The notes under the pieces were generated by a model. The model saw only the letters and a program-made list of their open reading frames with translations. It made no database searches and had not been told where the DNA came from. Shown here piece by piece: positions 18,028-28,435 of a stretch of DNA of 64,000 nt. This stretch comes from Clostridia bacterium. GTDB taxonomy: Bacteria; Bacillota; Clostridia; UMGS1810. Numbering within the stretch: position 1 is the stretch's first letter; every line of letters begins with the position of its first letter. The DNA lies in assembly GCA_045659025.1 (NCBI GenBank), contig JAZOWA010000034.1, positions 24,151 through 88,150 on the forward strand, written 5' to 3'. Position numbers and translations under genes: made by a program.

Positions 18028-20373
18028 TTGAACAGCAAAGTGTATTCCACTTTGGAATTTAACAAGATACTATCCATGCTCTCCGAGCACGCCGTTATGG
18101 AGGTCACAGCCGAGAGGGTACTCGCTATTGAACCCTCCGTGGATATAGCCGAGGTCAATCTTATGCAGGAGCAGACCGCCACGGCTATGAACCTTATGGT
18201 GAAAAAGGGCACACCCCCCATATATTGCAGGGGTGATGTGTCTGCATCATTAAAACGTGCGGATATGGGCGGAGTACTTTCCCCTGCCGATATTCTCGGC
18301 GTGGGCAAGACTTTGCGTACCGCAAGGGCGTTCAAGGGTTATCCCGACGGCATCCCCTGCGAAGCCATAGAGGAGTATATTGACGCGCTTTTTGAAGAGA
18401 GAAGTCTGGAGAAAAAGATATTCGAGAGCATTGATGAGGATGGCAACGTGGCCGACAGTGCCAGCACAGAGCTTGCCACTATCCGCAGGAAGATCCGTTC
18501 CTCCGAGGGCAAGGTAAAGGATATTCTTCAGGGCATTATCGCCAAGAATTCCAAATACCTTCAGGAACCCATCATCACTATGCGTTCCGACAGATACGTT
18601 GTACCCGTCAAGGCAGAGCATAAGGGCAGTATCCGAGGTATTGTCCACGATACTTCTGCCAGCGGTGTTACCATATTCATAGAGCCCGAGGCGGTAGTTG
18701 AGGCGGATAATGAGATTCGTCTTTTGAAAAGCAAGGAGCAGGATGAGATAGAGCGCATCCTTCGTGACCTTTCAAATGATATTGCAAATCACGCCAAGGT
18801 GCTGGATATGTCATATAACTGTATTGCAGACCTTGACCTCATATTTGCCAGAGCGAAGTTTGCATTAAAGCATGATGCCTTCCGCCCTGTACTCAATGAT
18901 GAGGGTTATATCAATCTCGACCACGCCCGTCATCCCCTTATCCCTGCCGATAAGGTGGTACCCACCGATATCACCCTTGGCAAGGATTTTGATACCCTTG
19001 TTATCACCGGTCCCAATACGGGCGGTAAGACGGTGGTTCTTAAAACCCTGGGCCTTATGACCCTTATGGCACAGTCGGGTATGCACATCACCGCCAAAGA
19101 AGGCTCGGTAATATCTGTGTTTGACAATGTGTTTGCCGATATCGGTGACGAGCAGAGTATAGAGCAGAGCCTCAGCACCTTCTCATCCCACATGGTGAAT
19201 ATAGTTGATATATTAAATAACGTCACATACCGTTCCCTCTGCCTTTTTGATGAGTTGGGAGCAGGTACCGACCCCATAGAGGGTGCGGCCCTTGCGGTGA
19301 GTATCCTTGAGAATGTACGTCTCAAAGGTGCCAAGACAGCCGCCACCACCCATTATAGTGAGCTTAAGTCCTATGCACTTTCAAACTCAAGGGTAGAGAA
19401 TGCTTCCTGCGAGTTTGATGTGGAGACTCTGGCTCCCACCTATAAACTTTTAATTGGTATCCCCGGCAAGAGTAACGCCTTTGCCATATCCTCAAAACTC
19501 GGCATAAGCGATGAGATTATTGAGGATGCCAAGTCCCGTATAGCAGGGGATAATATCAAGTTTGAGGACGTGCTTTCATCCCTTGAATCTGCCCGTCGTG
19601 ATACGGAGAAGGAACGCGACAGCGCCATTGCCTATAAGCAGGAGATAGAACTCCTCCGTGAGCGAATCTCCAATAAGAATAAATCCCTTGAGAAGAAGAC
19701 GGATAAGATTATTGAGGATGCTCATAGGGAAGCCCAGAGGATTATTGACGAGGCGAGAGCCGAGAGTGAACTTGCTTTGGAAGATATCCGTGCCGCTATG
19801 AAGAAGAAGGACCTCAAGGAAGCCAACCGTGCCGTAGAGCAGGTGCGTCAGCAGGTTATATCCGACAGTAAAAAGCATAATGTGAAGACTGCTCCCAAGC
19901 CCGCATCAGGCACACCACCCACCACGGTTCTGTTGGGTCAGGAGGTATCCGTTCCTCATTTGAGGGAGAAGGGCACAGTAGTCTCCCTTCCCGATGCCAA
20001 GGGCAATCTTATGGTCAATGTGGGCATAATGAAGATGAAGCTCAATATCAGCCAACTCCGCACCGTAGAGGCCAAGCCCGATATGGCAAAGAGCGGTATC
20101 AGGAGTCGTAGCGAGAGCAAGAGTATGACGGTGGGCACCGAGATAGACCTTCGTGGTCAGGATCTTGAGACCGCCATTATGATGGTGGATAAGTTCATTG
20201 ATGATGCTATTCTCTCATCCCTTCACGAGATCCGCATAATCCACGGTAAAGGCACGGGCGTGCTTCGTGGTGGAGTGCAGAATTACCTCCGCCGTCATAA
20301 GCGCATCAAGGCCTTCCGCCTTGCATCTTTCGGTGAAGGTGATTCGGGAGTAACCATAGCAGAACTCAAATAA
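18028..20373 (+). CDS. mutS2: Endonuclease MutS2
   Basis: 781 aa with Walker A GPNTGGKT, a MutS ATPase core and a C-terminal Smr domain (IIHGKGTGVLR). It uses a TTG start. Confidence 0.9.
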   Translation: MNSKVYSTLEFNKILSMLSEHAVMEVTAERVLAIEPSVDIAEVNLMQEQTATAMNLMVKKGTPPIYCRGDVSASLKRADMGGVLSPADILGVGKTLRTARAFKGYPDGIPCEAIEEYIDALFEERSLEKKIFESIDEDGNVADSASTELATIRRKIRSSEGKVKDILQGIIAKNSKYLQEPIITMRSDRYVVPVKAEHKGSIRGIVHDTSASGVTIFIEPEAVVEADNEIRLLKSKEQDEIERILRDLSNDIANHAKVLDMSYNCIADLDLIFARAKFALKHDAFRPVLNDEGYINLDHARHPLIPADKVVPTDITLGKDFDTLVITGPNTGGKTVVLKTLGLMTLMAQSGMHITAKEGSVISVFDNVFADIGDEQSIEQSLSTFSSHMVNIVDILNNVTYRSLCLFDELGAGTDPIEGAALAVSILENVRLKGAKTAATTHYSELKSYALSNSRVENASCEFDVETLAPTYKLLIGIPGKSNAFAISSKLGISDEIIEDAKSRIAGDNIKFEDVLSSLESARRDTEKERDSAIAYKQEIELLRERISNKNKSLEKKTDKIIEDAHREAQRIIDEARAESELALEDIRAAMKKKDLKEANRAVEQVRQQVISDSKKHNVKTAPKPASGTPPTTVLLGQEVSVPHLREKGTVVSLPDAKGNLMVNVGIMKMKLNISQLRTVEAKPDMAKSGIRSRSESKSMTVGTEIDLRGQDLETAIMMVDKFIDDAILSSLHEIRIIHGKGTGVLRGGVQNYLRRHKRIKAFRLASFGEGDSGVTIAELK

Positions 20374-20499
20374 AAGATTGATAATAAATTAACAAATTTG
20401 AAAATTATACTTGCAAAATCTCTGTAAATAGAGTAAAATGATTGTGTATGGCAAAGTACTATAATATCGCATATCAAATATGCGGGAATGGAGATAATT

Positions 20500-21684
20500 A
20501 TGAACAAGAAAACTATCGAAGATATTGCTGTTAAAGGCAAACGCGTACTCGTTCGTTGCGACTTCAACGTTCCGCTTAACGAAGAGAAAAAGATTACAGA
20601 TGAGAACCGTCTCATCGGCGCACTTCCCACAATCAAGTACTTGGTTGCTGAGGGTGCAAAGGTTATTCTCTGCTCACACCTTGGCAGACCTAAGGGCGAG
20701 TTCAATGAGAAGTATAGCTTGAAGCCCGTTGCTGCTCGTCTTTCTGAGCTTCTCGGCCAGGAAGTTAAGATGGCAGAGGACGTTATCGGCGAGAGTGCTG
20801 CTAAATGTGTAGCAGAGCTCGGCGAAGGCGAAATCGTACTTCTTGAGAACGTTCGTTATCACAAGGAAGAAGAGAAGAACGACCCCGAATTCTCAAAGAA
20901 ACTTGCAGACTTTGCAGAAGTTTATGTGAATGACGCATTCGGTACTGCACACCGTGCACACGCATCTACCGCAGGTGTTGCGGCATACATCCCCGCAGTA
21001 TGCGGTTACCTCATCCAGAAGGAAATTGAGGTTATGGGTAAAGCATTGTCCAATCCCGAGCGCCCCTTCGTTGCAATCCTCGGCGGTGCAAAGGTATCTG
21101 ATAAAATCGGCGTAATTGAGAACCTTCTTGAGAAGGTTGATTACCTCATTATCGGCGGTGGTATGGCTTACACCTTCCTCGCTGCAAAGGGTTACGGCGT
21201 AGGCACTTCCATCTGCGAAGTAGAGAAACTCGACCTCGCTCGTTCACTTATGGAAAAAGCACAGCAGAAGGGTGTAGAGCTTCTTCTCCCCGTAGAGAAC
21301 GTAGTAGCTACAGAATTTGCTCCCGATGCTGAGCATAAGACTGTTCCTTCCGAGCAGATTCCTGATGACTTCATGGGTATGGATATTGGTCCTAAGACAG
21401 TTGCCCTCTTCTCCGAAGTTATCAAAAAGGCAAAGACAGTTATCTGGAATGGTCCTATGGGCGTATTCGAGATGCCTGCATTCGCTAACGGCACTAAGGA
21501 AATCGCTAAAGCAGTTGCAGAGGCAGATGCCATCACCATCATCGGTGGCGGTGACAGTGCGGCAGCAGTTGAGCAGCTCGGCTTTGCCGATAAGATGACC
21601 CACATCTCCACAGGTGGCGGTGCATCTCTTGAATTCCTCGAGGGTATCGAGCTCCCCGGTATCGCAGCACTCAACGATAAATAA
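20500..21684 (+). CDS. pgk: Phosphoglycerate kinase
   Basis: [12 protein letters not shown] and SHLGRPKG motifs. Confidence 0.95.
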   Translation: MNKKTIEDIAVKGKRVLVRCDFNVPLNEEKKITDENRLIGALPTIKYLVAEGAKVILCSHLGRPKGEFNEKYSLKPVAARLSELLGQEVKMAEDVIGESAAKCVAELGEGEIVLLENVRYHKEEEKNDPEFSKKLADFAEVYVNDAFGTAHRAHASTAGVAAYIPAVCGYLIQKEIEVMGKALSNPERPFVAILGGAKVSDKIGVIENLLEKVDYLIIGGGMAYTFLAAKGYGVGTSICEVEKLDLARSLMEKAQQKGVELLLPVENVVATEFAPDAEHKTVPSEQIPDDFMGMDIGPKTVALFSEVIKKAKTVIWNGPMGVFEMPAFANGTKEIAKAVAEADAITIIGGGDSAAAVEQLGFADKMTHISTGGGASLEFLEGIELPGIAALNDK

Positions 21685-21767
21685 ACTACAAATAATTTAA
21701 GTTAAATGTATTGCCCTTTCATAGCGGAAGGGCAATGCTAATAAATAACAATTGGAGGACGACTGAT

Positions 21768-22514
21768 ATGAGAAAGATTACAGTTGCAGGTAACTGGAAA
21801 ATGAACAAGACCCCTGCCGAGACAGTTAAGCTTATTGAAGAGCTCAAACCCCTCGTTGCAGGTGCAAAGAATAATTGTGTTATTTGTGTGCCCTACACAT
21901 CACTCAGCGAAGCTGTAAAGGCTTGTGAGGGTTCCAACATCTCCGTTGGTGCACAGAATATGTACTTTGAAGAGAGCGGTGCTTTCACAGGCGAAATCGC
22001 ACCTTCAATGCTTACAGAGATTGGTGTTAAGTATGTTATCATCGGTCATAGCGAACGCAGACAGTACTTCGCAGAGACAGATGAGACAGTTAACCTCAAG
22101 GTTAAAAAGGCATTTGAGCACGGCCTCACACCTATCGTTTGTGTAGGTGAGAGCTTGGAGCAGAGAGAGCAGGGCATCACTAACGACCTCGTTAGCATGC
22201 AGACCAAGATCGCTCTCCTCGGCCTCAGCGCAGAGCAGGTTAAGAGCACAATCATTGCTTACGAACCTATCTGGGCAATTGGCACAGGCAAGACTGCTAC
22301 CAGCGAGCAGGCACAGGAAGTATGCGCTAAGATCCGTGAGACTGTTAAAGAAGTATTCGGTGCAGAAGCGGCCGAGGCAGTTACTATCCAGTACGGCGGC
22401 AGCGTTAATGCAAAGAACAGCGCAGAGCTCTTCGCTAAGGAAGATATCGACGGCGGTCTCGTTGGCGGTGCAAGTCTTAAAGCAGAGGACTTCAGTGTTA
22501 TCGTAAACAGCTGA
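21768..22514 (+). CDS. tpiA: Triosephosphate isomerase
   Basis: AGNWKMN, IGHSERR and [11 protein letters not shown] motifs. The start is moved to the ATG at 21768 after RBS GGAGGA. Confidence 0.95.
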   Translation: MRKITVAGNWKMNKTPAETVKLIEELKPLVAGAKNNCVICVPYTSLSEAVKACEGSNISVGAQNMYFEESGAFTGEIAPSMLTEIGVKYVIIGHSERRQYFAETDETVNLKVKKAFEHGLTPIVCVGESLEQREQGITNDLVSMQTKIALLGLSAEQVKSTIIAYEPIWAIGTGKTATSEQAQEVCAKIRETVKEVFGAEAAEAVTIQYGGSVNAKNSAELFAKEDIDGGLVGGASLKAEDFSVIVNS

Positions 22515-22628
22515 TTGAATCAGGTGTGAATTGTAATTTCTTTGTATTGATATGCGAAGATGTAGGGGCAATTCACGAATTGCCCGAGGGCGACTCGTGA
22601 TTCGCCCCTTAATTGTTTGATTGAATCA
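22512..22628. repeat. 95-nt hairpin-pair insert flanked by 11-nt perfect direct repeat TGATTGAATCA
   Basis: The direct repeats lie at 22512..22522 (which includes the tpiA TGA stop) and 22618..22628. Inside are two mutually inverted about 21-nt units, GGGGCAATTCACGAATTGCCC (22565..22585) and GGGCGACTCGTGATTCGCCCC (22588..22608). Confidence 0.55.
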
Positions 22629-22650
22629 TATATGAGAAAGGCAGATTGTT

Positions 22651-24180
22651 ATGAGTAAAAAACCTATCGTACTTGCGATTTTAGACGGCTACGGCAAGAG
22701 CGAACTGGTAGAGGGTAACGCGGTACTTGCCGCCAACACCCCCAACCTTGACGCCCTCACAGCCAATAACCCCACCACAGTAATCCATGCCAGCGGTATG
22801 GATGTAGGCCTCCCCGATGGCCAGATGGGTAACTCCGAGGTAGGCCACACCAATATCGGTGCAGGTGCTATCGTGTATCAGGAACTCACCCGTATCACCA
22901 AGTCCATCTCCGACGGTGATTTCTTCACTAACGAAGCATTGGTTGCCGCTTGTGATAACTGTAAGGCAAAGGATAGCGCCCTTCATATTATGGGTCTTTT
23001 GTCTGATGGTGGTGTGCATAGCCATATTGAACACCTTTATGCAATAATCAAACTTGCCAAGGAAAAGGGCCTTTCCAAGGTATATGTTCATTGCTTCTTG
23101 GACGGCAGAGACGTTTCCCCCACAAGCGGTGTGGACTTTGCCAAATCCCTCGTTTCCAAACTCCGTGAACTCGGCACAGGCGAGATTGCTACCGTTATGG
23201 GCAGATACTATGCGATGGACAGAGATAACCGTTGGGAGAGAGTATCCAAGGCATATGATGCTATGGTGAATGGCGTTGGCGAGATGTGTGAATCCGCCGT
23301 TACCGCTATTGAAACATCCTATAACAATGACGTTACCGACGAATTCGTAGTCCCCACCGTTATTACTAAAGACGGTGCACCCACAGGCAAGATTACAGAC
23401 GGCGATTCCGTTATCTTCTTTAACTTCCGTCCCGACAGAGCCCGTGAGATTACAAGAACTCTTGTGGACGATGCCTTTGACGGTTTTGCAAGAGAGAAGA
23501 AAGATCTCTACTACGTATGTATGACCCAGTATGATGCGTCTATGCCCAATGTAGAGGTTGCTTTCAAGCCCCAGACCCTCGTTAACACCTTCGGTGAATA
23601 TGTAAGCAAACTCGGTCTTAAACAGCTCCGTATCGCAGAGACAGAGAAGTACGCTCACGTAACCTTCTACTTCAACGGCGGTGTGGAAAAGACCTATGAG
23701 GGAGAGGATAGAATCCTGGTTGCATCCCCCAAGGTTGCCACCTACGATATGCAGCCCGAGATGAGCGCTTATGAGGTGACAGACAAGCTTTTGGAAGCTC
23801 TTGACACAGATAAATATGACGTAGTTATCTTAAACTACGCTAACTGCGATATGGTAGGCCACACAGGCGTTATGGAAGCCGCCGTGAAAGCGGTAGAGGC
23901 AGTTGATACCTGCATCGGCAAGGTAGCCGAGAAGGTAGCGGAGAAGGGCGGCGTAATGCTCATCACCGCAGACCACGGTAATGCCGAGCAGATGACCGAT
24001 CCCGCCACAGGTGATGTGTTCACCGCTCATAGCACTAACGTAGTACCCCTTATCCTCACAGGTATGGGTGATGTTAAGCTGAGTAAAGGTCGCCTTGCTG
24101 ACCTCGCTCCCACAATGCTCGACATTATGGGCGTAGCCAAACCTGCCGAAATGACAGGCGAAAGCATCATAGTAAAATAA
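22651..24180 (+). CDS. gpmI: 2,3-bisphosphoglycerate-independent phosphoglycerate mutase
   Basis: 509 aa with [20 protein letters not shown] and ADHGNAE motifs. Confidence 0.95.
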   Translation: MSKKPIVLAILDGYGKSELVEGNAVLAANTPNLDALTANNPTTVIHASGMDVGLPDGQMGNSEVGHTNIGAGAIVYQELTRITKSISDGDFFTNEALVAACDNCKAKDSALHIMGLLSDGGVHSHIEHLYAIIKLAKEKGLSKVYVHCFLDGRDVSPTSGVDFAKSLVSKLRELGTGEIATVMGRYYAMDRDNRWERVSKAYDAMVNGVGEMCESAVTAIETSYNNDVTDEFVVPTVITKDGAPTGKITDGDSVIFFNFRPDRAREITRTLVDDAFDGFAREKKDLYYVCMTQYDASMPNVEVAFKPQTLVNTFGEYVSKLGLKQLRIAETEKYAHVTFYFNGGVEKTYEGEDRILVASPKVATYDMQPEMSAYEVTDKLLEALDTDKYDVVILNYANCDMVGHTGVMEAAVKAVEAVDTCIGKVAEKVAEKGGVMLITADHGNAEQMTDPATGDVFTAHSTNVVPLILTGMGDVKLSKGRLADLAPTMLDIMGVAKPAEMTGESIIVK

Positions 24181-24188
24181 TCTTTTGA

Positions 24189-24216
24189 AAACCCGCACTT
24201 TTGTTGCGGGTTTTTC
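24189..24216 (+). terminator. Intrinsic terminator after gpmI
   Basis: Stem AACCCGCA/TGCGGGTT followed by a T5 run. Confidence 0.8.
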
Positions 24217-24290
24217 TGTGGACAAAATCCATGCTTTGTTGTATAATATTGGTGTGAACTAAAGTAAACTTAACGTCGGAGGGATTTAAT

Positions 24291-25595
24291 ATGTCAATAC
24301 TTATAAAAGGCGGTAGGGTGGTAGACCCTGCCAATGGATTTGACAGTGTAGCGGATGTGCTTATAGATAAGGGCGTTATTTCCGCAATCGGTCAGGATAT
24401 TCCTGCCCGCGAGGAGTATGAGATTATTAATGCAGAGGGTCATCTTGTGGTGCCCGGTCTTGTGGATATGCATTGTCATCTTCGTGAGCCCGGCTTTGAA
24501 TATAAAGAGGACATCGCCAACGGTACCAAGAGTGCTTTGGGTGGCGGTTTTACCTCTGTGGCATGTATGCCCAATACCAATCCCACCGCAGATAATCCCG
24601 ATACGATTAAATATATTTTAGATAAAGCCGAGCAGGCAGAGGCGGCTAATGTATTCCCCATTGGTTCTGTCACCAAAGGCCTCGGCGGCAAGGAGATGAC
24701 AGATGTAGAGGCACTCAAGAGCGCAGGCGCAGTTGCTATCTCTGATGACGGTAAGCCCGTAGAGGATTCTGCTATGATGCTCTCTGCTATGCGCAAGGCA
24801 TATCAGGCGGGAGTTATGGTGATATCCCATTGTGAGGAGATGTCCCTTGGCAAAGGGGATATGAACGAAGGTGCCCTTGCCGAGAGTCTGGGTTATGAGG
24901 GTATATCCCCCGTGGCTGAGGAGATAATGGTTGCCCGTGATGCCATCCTCTCTGCCCAGTATAAACTCCCCATCCATATTGCACATATAAGCACAAGACG
25001 TTCCGTAGAGGCTATCCGTAATGCAAAGAAAAAGGGCGCTCCCATCACCTGTGAGACCTGCCCCCATTATTTCTCACTTACGGAAGATGCGGTAAGGGTA
25101 AGCGGTGCTAATGCCAAGATGAATCCGCCACTTCGCACCAATACAGACGTTATGGCGATTATTGAAGGTCTTGCCGATGGCACTATTGATGCTATCGCCA
25201 CCGACCACGCACCCCACAGTGCAGAGGAGAAGAGTGCAGACTTTGCCAAAGCACCCAACGGCATAATCGGTTTTGAGACTGCCTTTGCCCTTGGCTACAC
25301 ATACCTTGTGGATAAGGGTCACCTCACCATATCGGAGCTTGTGGAGAAGATGTCTGTTAACCCTGCCAGGATCCTTGGTATTGATAAAGGCAGCATAGGG
25401 GTAGGGGATATCGCAGATATCGCCATATTTGATATAAGCAAGAGCTACAGAGTAGTTGCTGAGGATATGCTTGCAAAGAGCAAGAACACTCCCTATGACG
25501 GTTTTGACCTCACGGGCAGACTTCTCTATTCTATCGTAGGCGGTAGGGTGGCACTCCGTGGCGGAGAAGCCCTCTGGAAAGCGTACTTTAACTGA
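24291..25595 (+). CDS. pyrC: Dihydroorotase
   Basis: DMHCHLREPG, a metal-binding histidine pattern and ATDHAPH motif; 434 aa. Confidence 0.9.
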   Translation: MSILIKGGRVVDPANGFDSVADVLIDKGVISAIGQDIPAREEYEIINAEGHLVVPGLVDMHCHLREPGFEYKEDIANGTKSALGGGFTSVACMPNTNPTADNPDTIKYILDKAEQAEAANVFPIGSVTKGLGGKEMTDVEALKSAGAVAISDDGKPVEDSAMMLSAMRKAYQAGVMVISHCEEMSLGKGDMNEGALAESLGYEGISPVAEEIMVARDAILSAQYKLPIHIAHISTRRSVEAIRNAKKKGAPITCETCPHYFSLTEDAVRVSGANAKMNPPLRTNTDVMAIIEGLADGTIDAIATDHAPHSAEEKSADFAKAPNGIIGFETAFALGYTYLVDKGHLTISELVEKMSVNPARILGIDKGSIGVGDIADIAIFDISKSYRVVAEDMLAKSKNTPYDGFDLTGRLLYSIVGGRVALRGGEALWKAYFN

Positions 25596-25619
25596 TAGGT
25601 AAATATTTGAGGTGATACA

Positions 25620-26078
25620 ATGTACCAGATAATTGCCGATATAATTAAATATGTTTTTGTGGTTGTGGTGTATATGTTCATATACAGCGTAATCAAGCTT
25701 ATCTATCTTGATATCACCGACACCCGCCGTATGGAGAATTCCCTTGACGGTGCGGTGGCGTATCTTAAGCCAATCACCCTTGCCAAAGACCTCGACTTCA
25801 AGATATTTGAGAGTTACGGCCTTAAAGAGAATACCCTCATCGGCAGGAGCAAGAAGTGTGATTTGTTTATTAAAGACCCCTTTATGTCCAAGGAGAACAC
25901 TCTCATCTATTTGCAGGAGGGTAAGTTCTGTGTAAAGGATATGGGCAGTACCAACGGCACCTTCATCAACGGCAAGAAACTCCTTGAGAAGCCCGCTCGT
26001 ATCAAAGACGGCGATAAGCTCAAGATAGGCAGTGTGGAGTTTATGTTCGTTGACCCGTATGTAATGGAGGTCAAGTAA
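25620..26078 (+). CDS. Membrane-anchored FHA domain protein
   Basis: An N-terminal TM helix followed by an FHA core (IGRSKKCDLFI...STNGTFINGKKL). Confidence 0.8.
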   Translation: MYQIIADIIKYVFVVVVYMFIYSVIKLIYLDITDTRRMENSLDGAVAYLKPITLAKDLDFKIFESYGLKENTLIGRSKKCDLFIKDPFMSKENTLIYLQEGKFCVKDMGSTNGTFINGKKLLEKPARIKDGDKLKIGSVEFMFVDPYVMEVK

Positions 26079-27310
26079 TGGGTAAACTCAGTATAAGACC
26101 AATGCTTTACTTCCTCTTGCTCAACCTTATGGGGTTTTTGCTGTTGTTCTTTTTCAGGACTCCTTATGACCCCAACATCCTCTACGCAGGGGCAATCATT
26201 ATGTCGGTGAGTATCGCCGTGTATGCCCTTATGTATTGGCTGGATATGGGGGATGTGTATTTGTTCCTTATGGTATCTATCCTTATAAGTATAGGGATTA
26301 TGATGCTGCTGCGTATAGATACGGAATTTGGGTTCAATCAGGTTTTCTGGTTTTGCATAGGAATAATGGTATTCCTTGTGACGTATCTCGGTATGCGGTT
26401 TTTGAGAGTGTGGGATAAACTTTTGTGGATATATGTGCTTGTGTCCATAGGACTTTTTGTGGTCACCCTGATATTCGGTGACACCCGCGGCGGCTCGAAG
26501 AACTGGATTGAAATCGGCTCAAGGACTGTCCAACCCTCTGAGTTTATAAAGATAACCTATGTGTTTGCTCTGGCATGCTTTTTTACTATGGATAAAGATA
26601 AGCATCGCCTTTTCTCAGGTGAGGTGTGGCACATCCCCAAAAGGGATATAGCCATCAATGTATTTGTATACATCTGCCTTGGATTCCTGCTCCTGCAAAA
26701 GGAGTGGGGCACGGCAATAGTGTTCTTCCTCACGTATTTTATGATGATGTTTTTATACGACACGTCAAAACGTCTTATGCTCATCAATGGCGGTCTTGCG
26801 CTTGTGGGTGCTGTAGGCGGATACTTCTTAACCGATCATATACGGTCAAGGGTAGTCACCTGGCTAGACCCCTGGGCGGATGCCACAAACAAGGGATTCC
26901 AGATTACCCAGTCCCTTTTTGCTATCACCTCGGGCGGATATTTCGGCACGGGTCTTGGCAATGGCACTCCCCACCTGATCCCCGAAGTCCATTCCGACTT
27001 CATCTTCTCCGCTATATGTGAGGAGATGGGAATCTTCACCGGTATTGCCATTATTCTTATATACTTCATCTATTCCTATCGTGGATTTAAGATAGGCATA
27101 AAGGCTAAAAACGAGTTTCTGAAGGCACTTACCTTCGGGCTGGTGATAAGTTTTGCCTTGCAGACATTCATCATTGTAGGCGGTGTAATTAAGCTCATAC
27201 CCCTAACGGGTATCACCCTGCCCTTTGTAAGCTATGGCGGAAGTTCTATGGTATCCTGCTGTATAATGACGGGAATACTCACCGCAGTATCGTATTTAGA
27301 ACACAAGTAA
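26078..27310 (+). CDS. SEDS family protein (FtsW/RodA/SpoVE)
   Basis: 410 aa and polytopic, with SEFIKI, SDFIFSAICEEMG and GITLPFVSYGGSS motifs. Its ATG overlaps the FHA gene stop (TAATG). Confidence 0.85.
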   Translation: MGKLSIRPMLYFLLLNLMGFLLLFFFRTPYDPNILYAGAIIMSVSIAVYALMYWLDMGDVYLFLMVSILISIGIMMLLRIDTEFGFNQVFWFCIGIMVFLVTYLGMRFLRVWDKLLWIYVLVSIGLFVVTLIFGDTRGGSKNWIEIGSRTVQPSEFIKITYVFALACFFTMDKDKHRLFSGEVWHIPKRDIAINVFVYICLGFLLLQKEWGTAIVFFLTYFMMMFLYDTSKRLMLINGGLALVGAVGGYFLTDHIRSRVVTWLDPWADATNKGFQITQSLFAITSGGYFGTGLGNGTPHLIPEVHSDFIFSAICEEMGIFTGIAIILIYFIYSYRGFKIGIKAKNEFLKALTFGLVISFALQTFIIVGGVIKLIPLTGITLPFVSYGGSSMVSCCIMTGILTAVSYLEHK

Positions 27311-27332
27311 ATTAATTAAAGGATGTGTTGAA

Positions 27333-28163
27333 ATGAACGAAGCAAGAATTGTTATAAACCGTGAGGCATCTGCAGTTGGATTCTTTAAAACATTTAAAAT
27401 TGAGGTAGATGGCATTTTAGTGGGGGAATTGAGAAATGGTGCTACGGTTGAAATACCTATTTCTTTTGGAAGACACATATTGAACTTCGTATCGTTTGGA
27501 AAGTGTGAGAAGACAATTACTGTTGATATTACAGAAGAAAGAAGCAACATCAGTTTTGATTTAAAAATAAACAAATTTAATGGCACATTACAATTGAAAA
27601 CCAATGATGCCAGAGGAATTGCAATGCAGTATGATAATAGGACATCAACCCCTAACGCCTTGGTTAAGATAGGTTCGGGTTTAGTTGTTTTAATCGTTGT
27701 ATTAGTTGTTGTAAGTTTGATTTTTAAATTGGCTTTTAACACATCAGTGAATGAAATGACGCAAGAAAATCAATTCTCGCAGGAGGATATGGAATATTAT
27801 TCGCAACAGAAGAATGAAAATGTAATTTATGAAGATGATTATTTGCGAGTGGCGTATATGAGAACATATAATGTTGCAGGCGTTAACACAACATATCTTC
27901 AACTCAAAATAGTAAATAAAAGTTATCATGAAATGTGGTTGAGCTTAAGTGATGTATATGTCAACGATATTAGCATATTAACGGGGACGGCTGTGCCAAT
28001 TGTTCTTGCTCCCGGGAAGATATCGCAATCTCCATTTATATTGTTTACGGCAAATTCTGGGCTTACGGCCGCAGATATTAGCAAAATAGAATTCCGTATA
28101 AAAGGCCGTGATTCGAATTTTGAAGAAATACATACTACAAATTATATTACGATAGGATCTTAA
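27333..28163 (+). CDS. Hypothetical single-pass membrane protein (AT-rich orphan)
   Basis: 276-aa ORF with a central TM helix (IGSGLVVLIVVLVVVSLIF). I recognise no motif. GC by eye is near 30 percent, against roughly 45-50 percent in the flanking genes. Confidence 0.6.
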   Translation: MNEARIVINREASAVGFFKTFKIEVDGILVGELRNGATVEIPISFGRHILNFVSFGKCEKTITVDITEERSNISFDLKINKFNGTLQLKTNDARGIAMQYDNRTSTPNALVKIGSGLVVLIVVLVVVSLIFKLAFNTSVNEMTQENQFSQEDMEYYSQQKNENVIYEDDYLRVAYMRTYNVAGVNTTYLQLKIVNKSYHEMWLSLSDVYVNDISILTGTAVPIVLAPGKISQSPFILFTANSGLTAADISKIEFRIKGRDSNFEEIHTTNYITIGS

Positions 28164-28206
28164 AAACAAGAATAGTTATATCTTATTTAACTTAAATCGC
28201 ATAAAA

Positions 28207-28239
28207 AGACCGAAGATATCATTATCTTCGGTCTTTTTA
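28207..28239 (+). terminator. Intrinsic terminator after orphan gene (bidirectional shape)
   Basis: 12-bp stem AGACCGAAGATA/TATCTTCGGTCT with a TCAT loop, flanked by an A-run and a T-run. Confidence 0.8.
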
Positions 28240-28322
28240 TGCGAGTGACGGGACAAATCCGCTTCGCGTCTTTCCTGCTTGCCGACCGTGCTTCGCACAG
28301 TACCCGCCTGCGCACCACTCGC
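28240..28322 (-). other. tRNA-sized (83 nt) pseudo-tRNA-like element sharing acceptor stem and 3' T-stem half with adjacent tRNA-Leu
   Basis: The minus-sense sequence runs GCGAGTG...GTCCCGTCACTCGCA. Its ends are identical to tRNA-Leu, but the interior does not fold as a cloverleaf. It contains GAA-triloop mini-hairpins (CTGTGC-GAA-GCACGG, CGC-GAA-GCG). Confidence 0.4.
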
Positions 28323-28393
28323 CTGCAAAACAATCCACAGGATTATTTTGCTACGGCTCGTGCCCTCTTAGGGTTCAAGTCCCTTTGATTACA

Positions 28394-28435
28394 CAAAAAA
28401 ACACCTTGAAGATATTGAATCTTCAAGGTGTTTTA
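28394..28435 (-). terminator. Intrinsic terminator after tRNA-Leu
   Basis: 12-bp stem ACACCTTGAAGA/TCTTCAAGGTGT with a 7-nt loop. The minus strand has a T7 run (plus-strand A7 at 28394..28400). Confidence 0.75.

Noticed and set aside
22681-23658. 325-aa ORF on the minus strand.
   Set aside because: It is antisense to gpmI, has no recognisable motif and no RBS, so it is a frame artefact.
28323-28400. Plus-strand T-arm-like AGGGTTCAAGTCCCT that could mark another tRNA.
   Set aside because: No matching 5' acceptor half, D arm or anticodon arm can be built upstream. I treat it as tRNA debris within the recombination scar.
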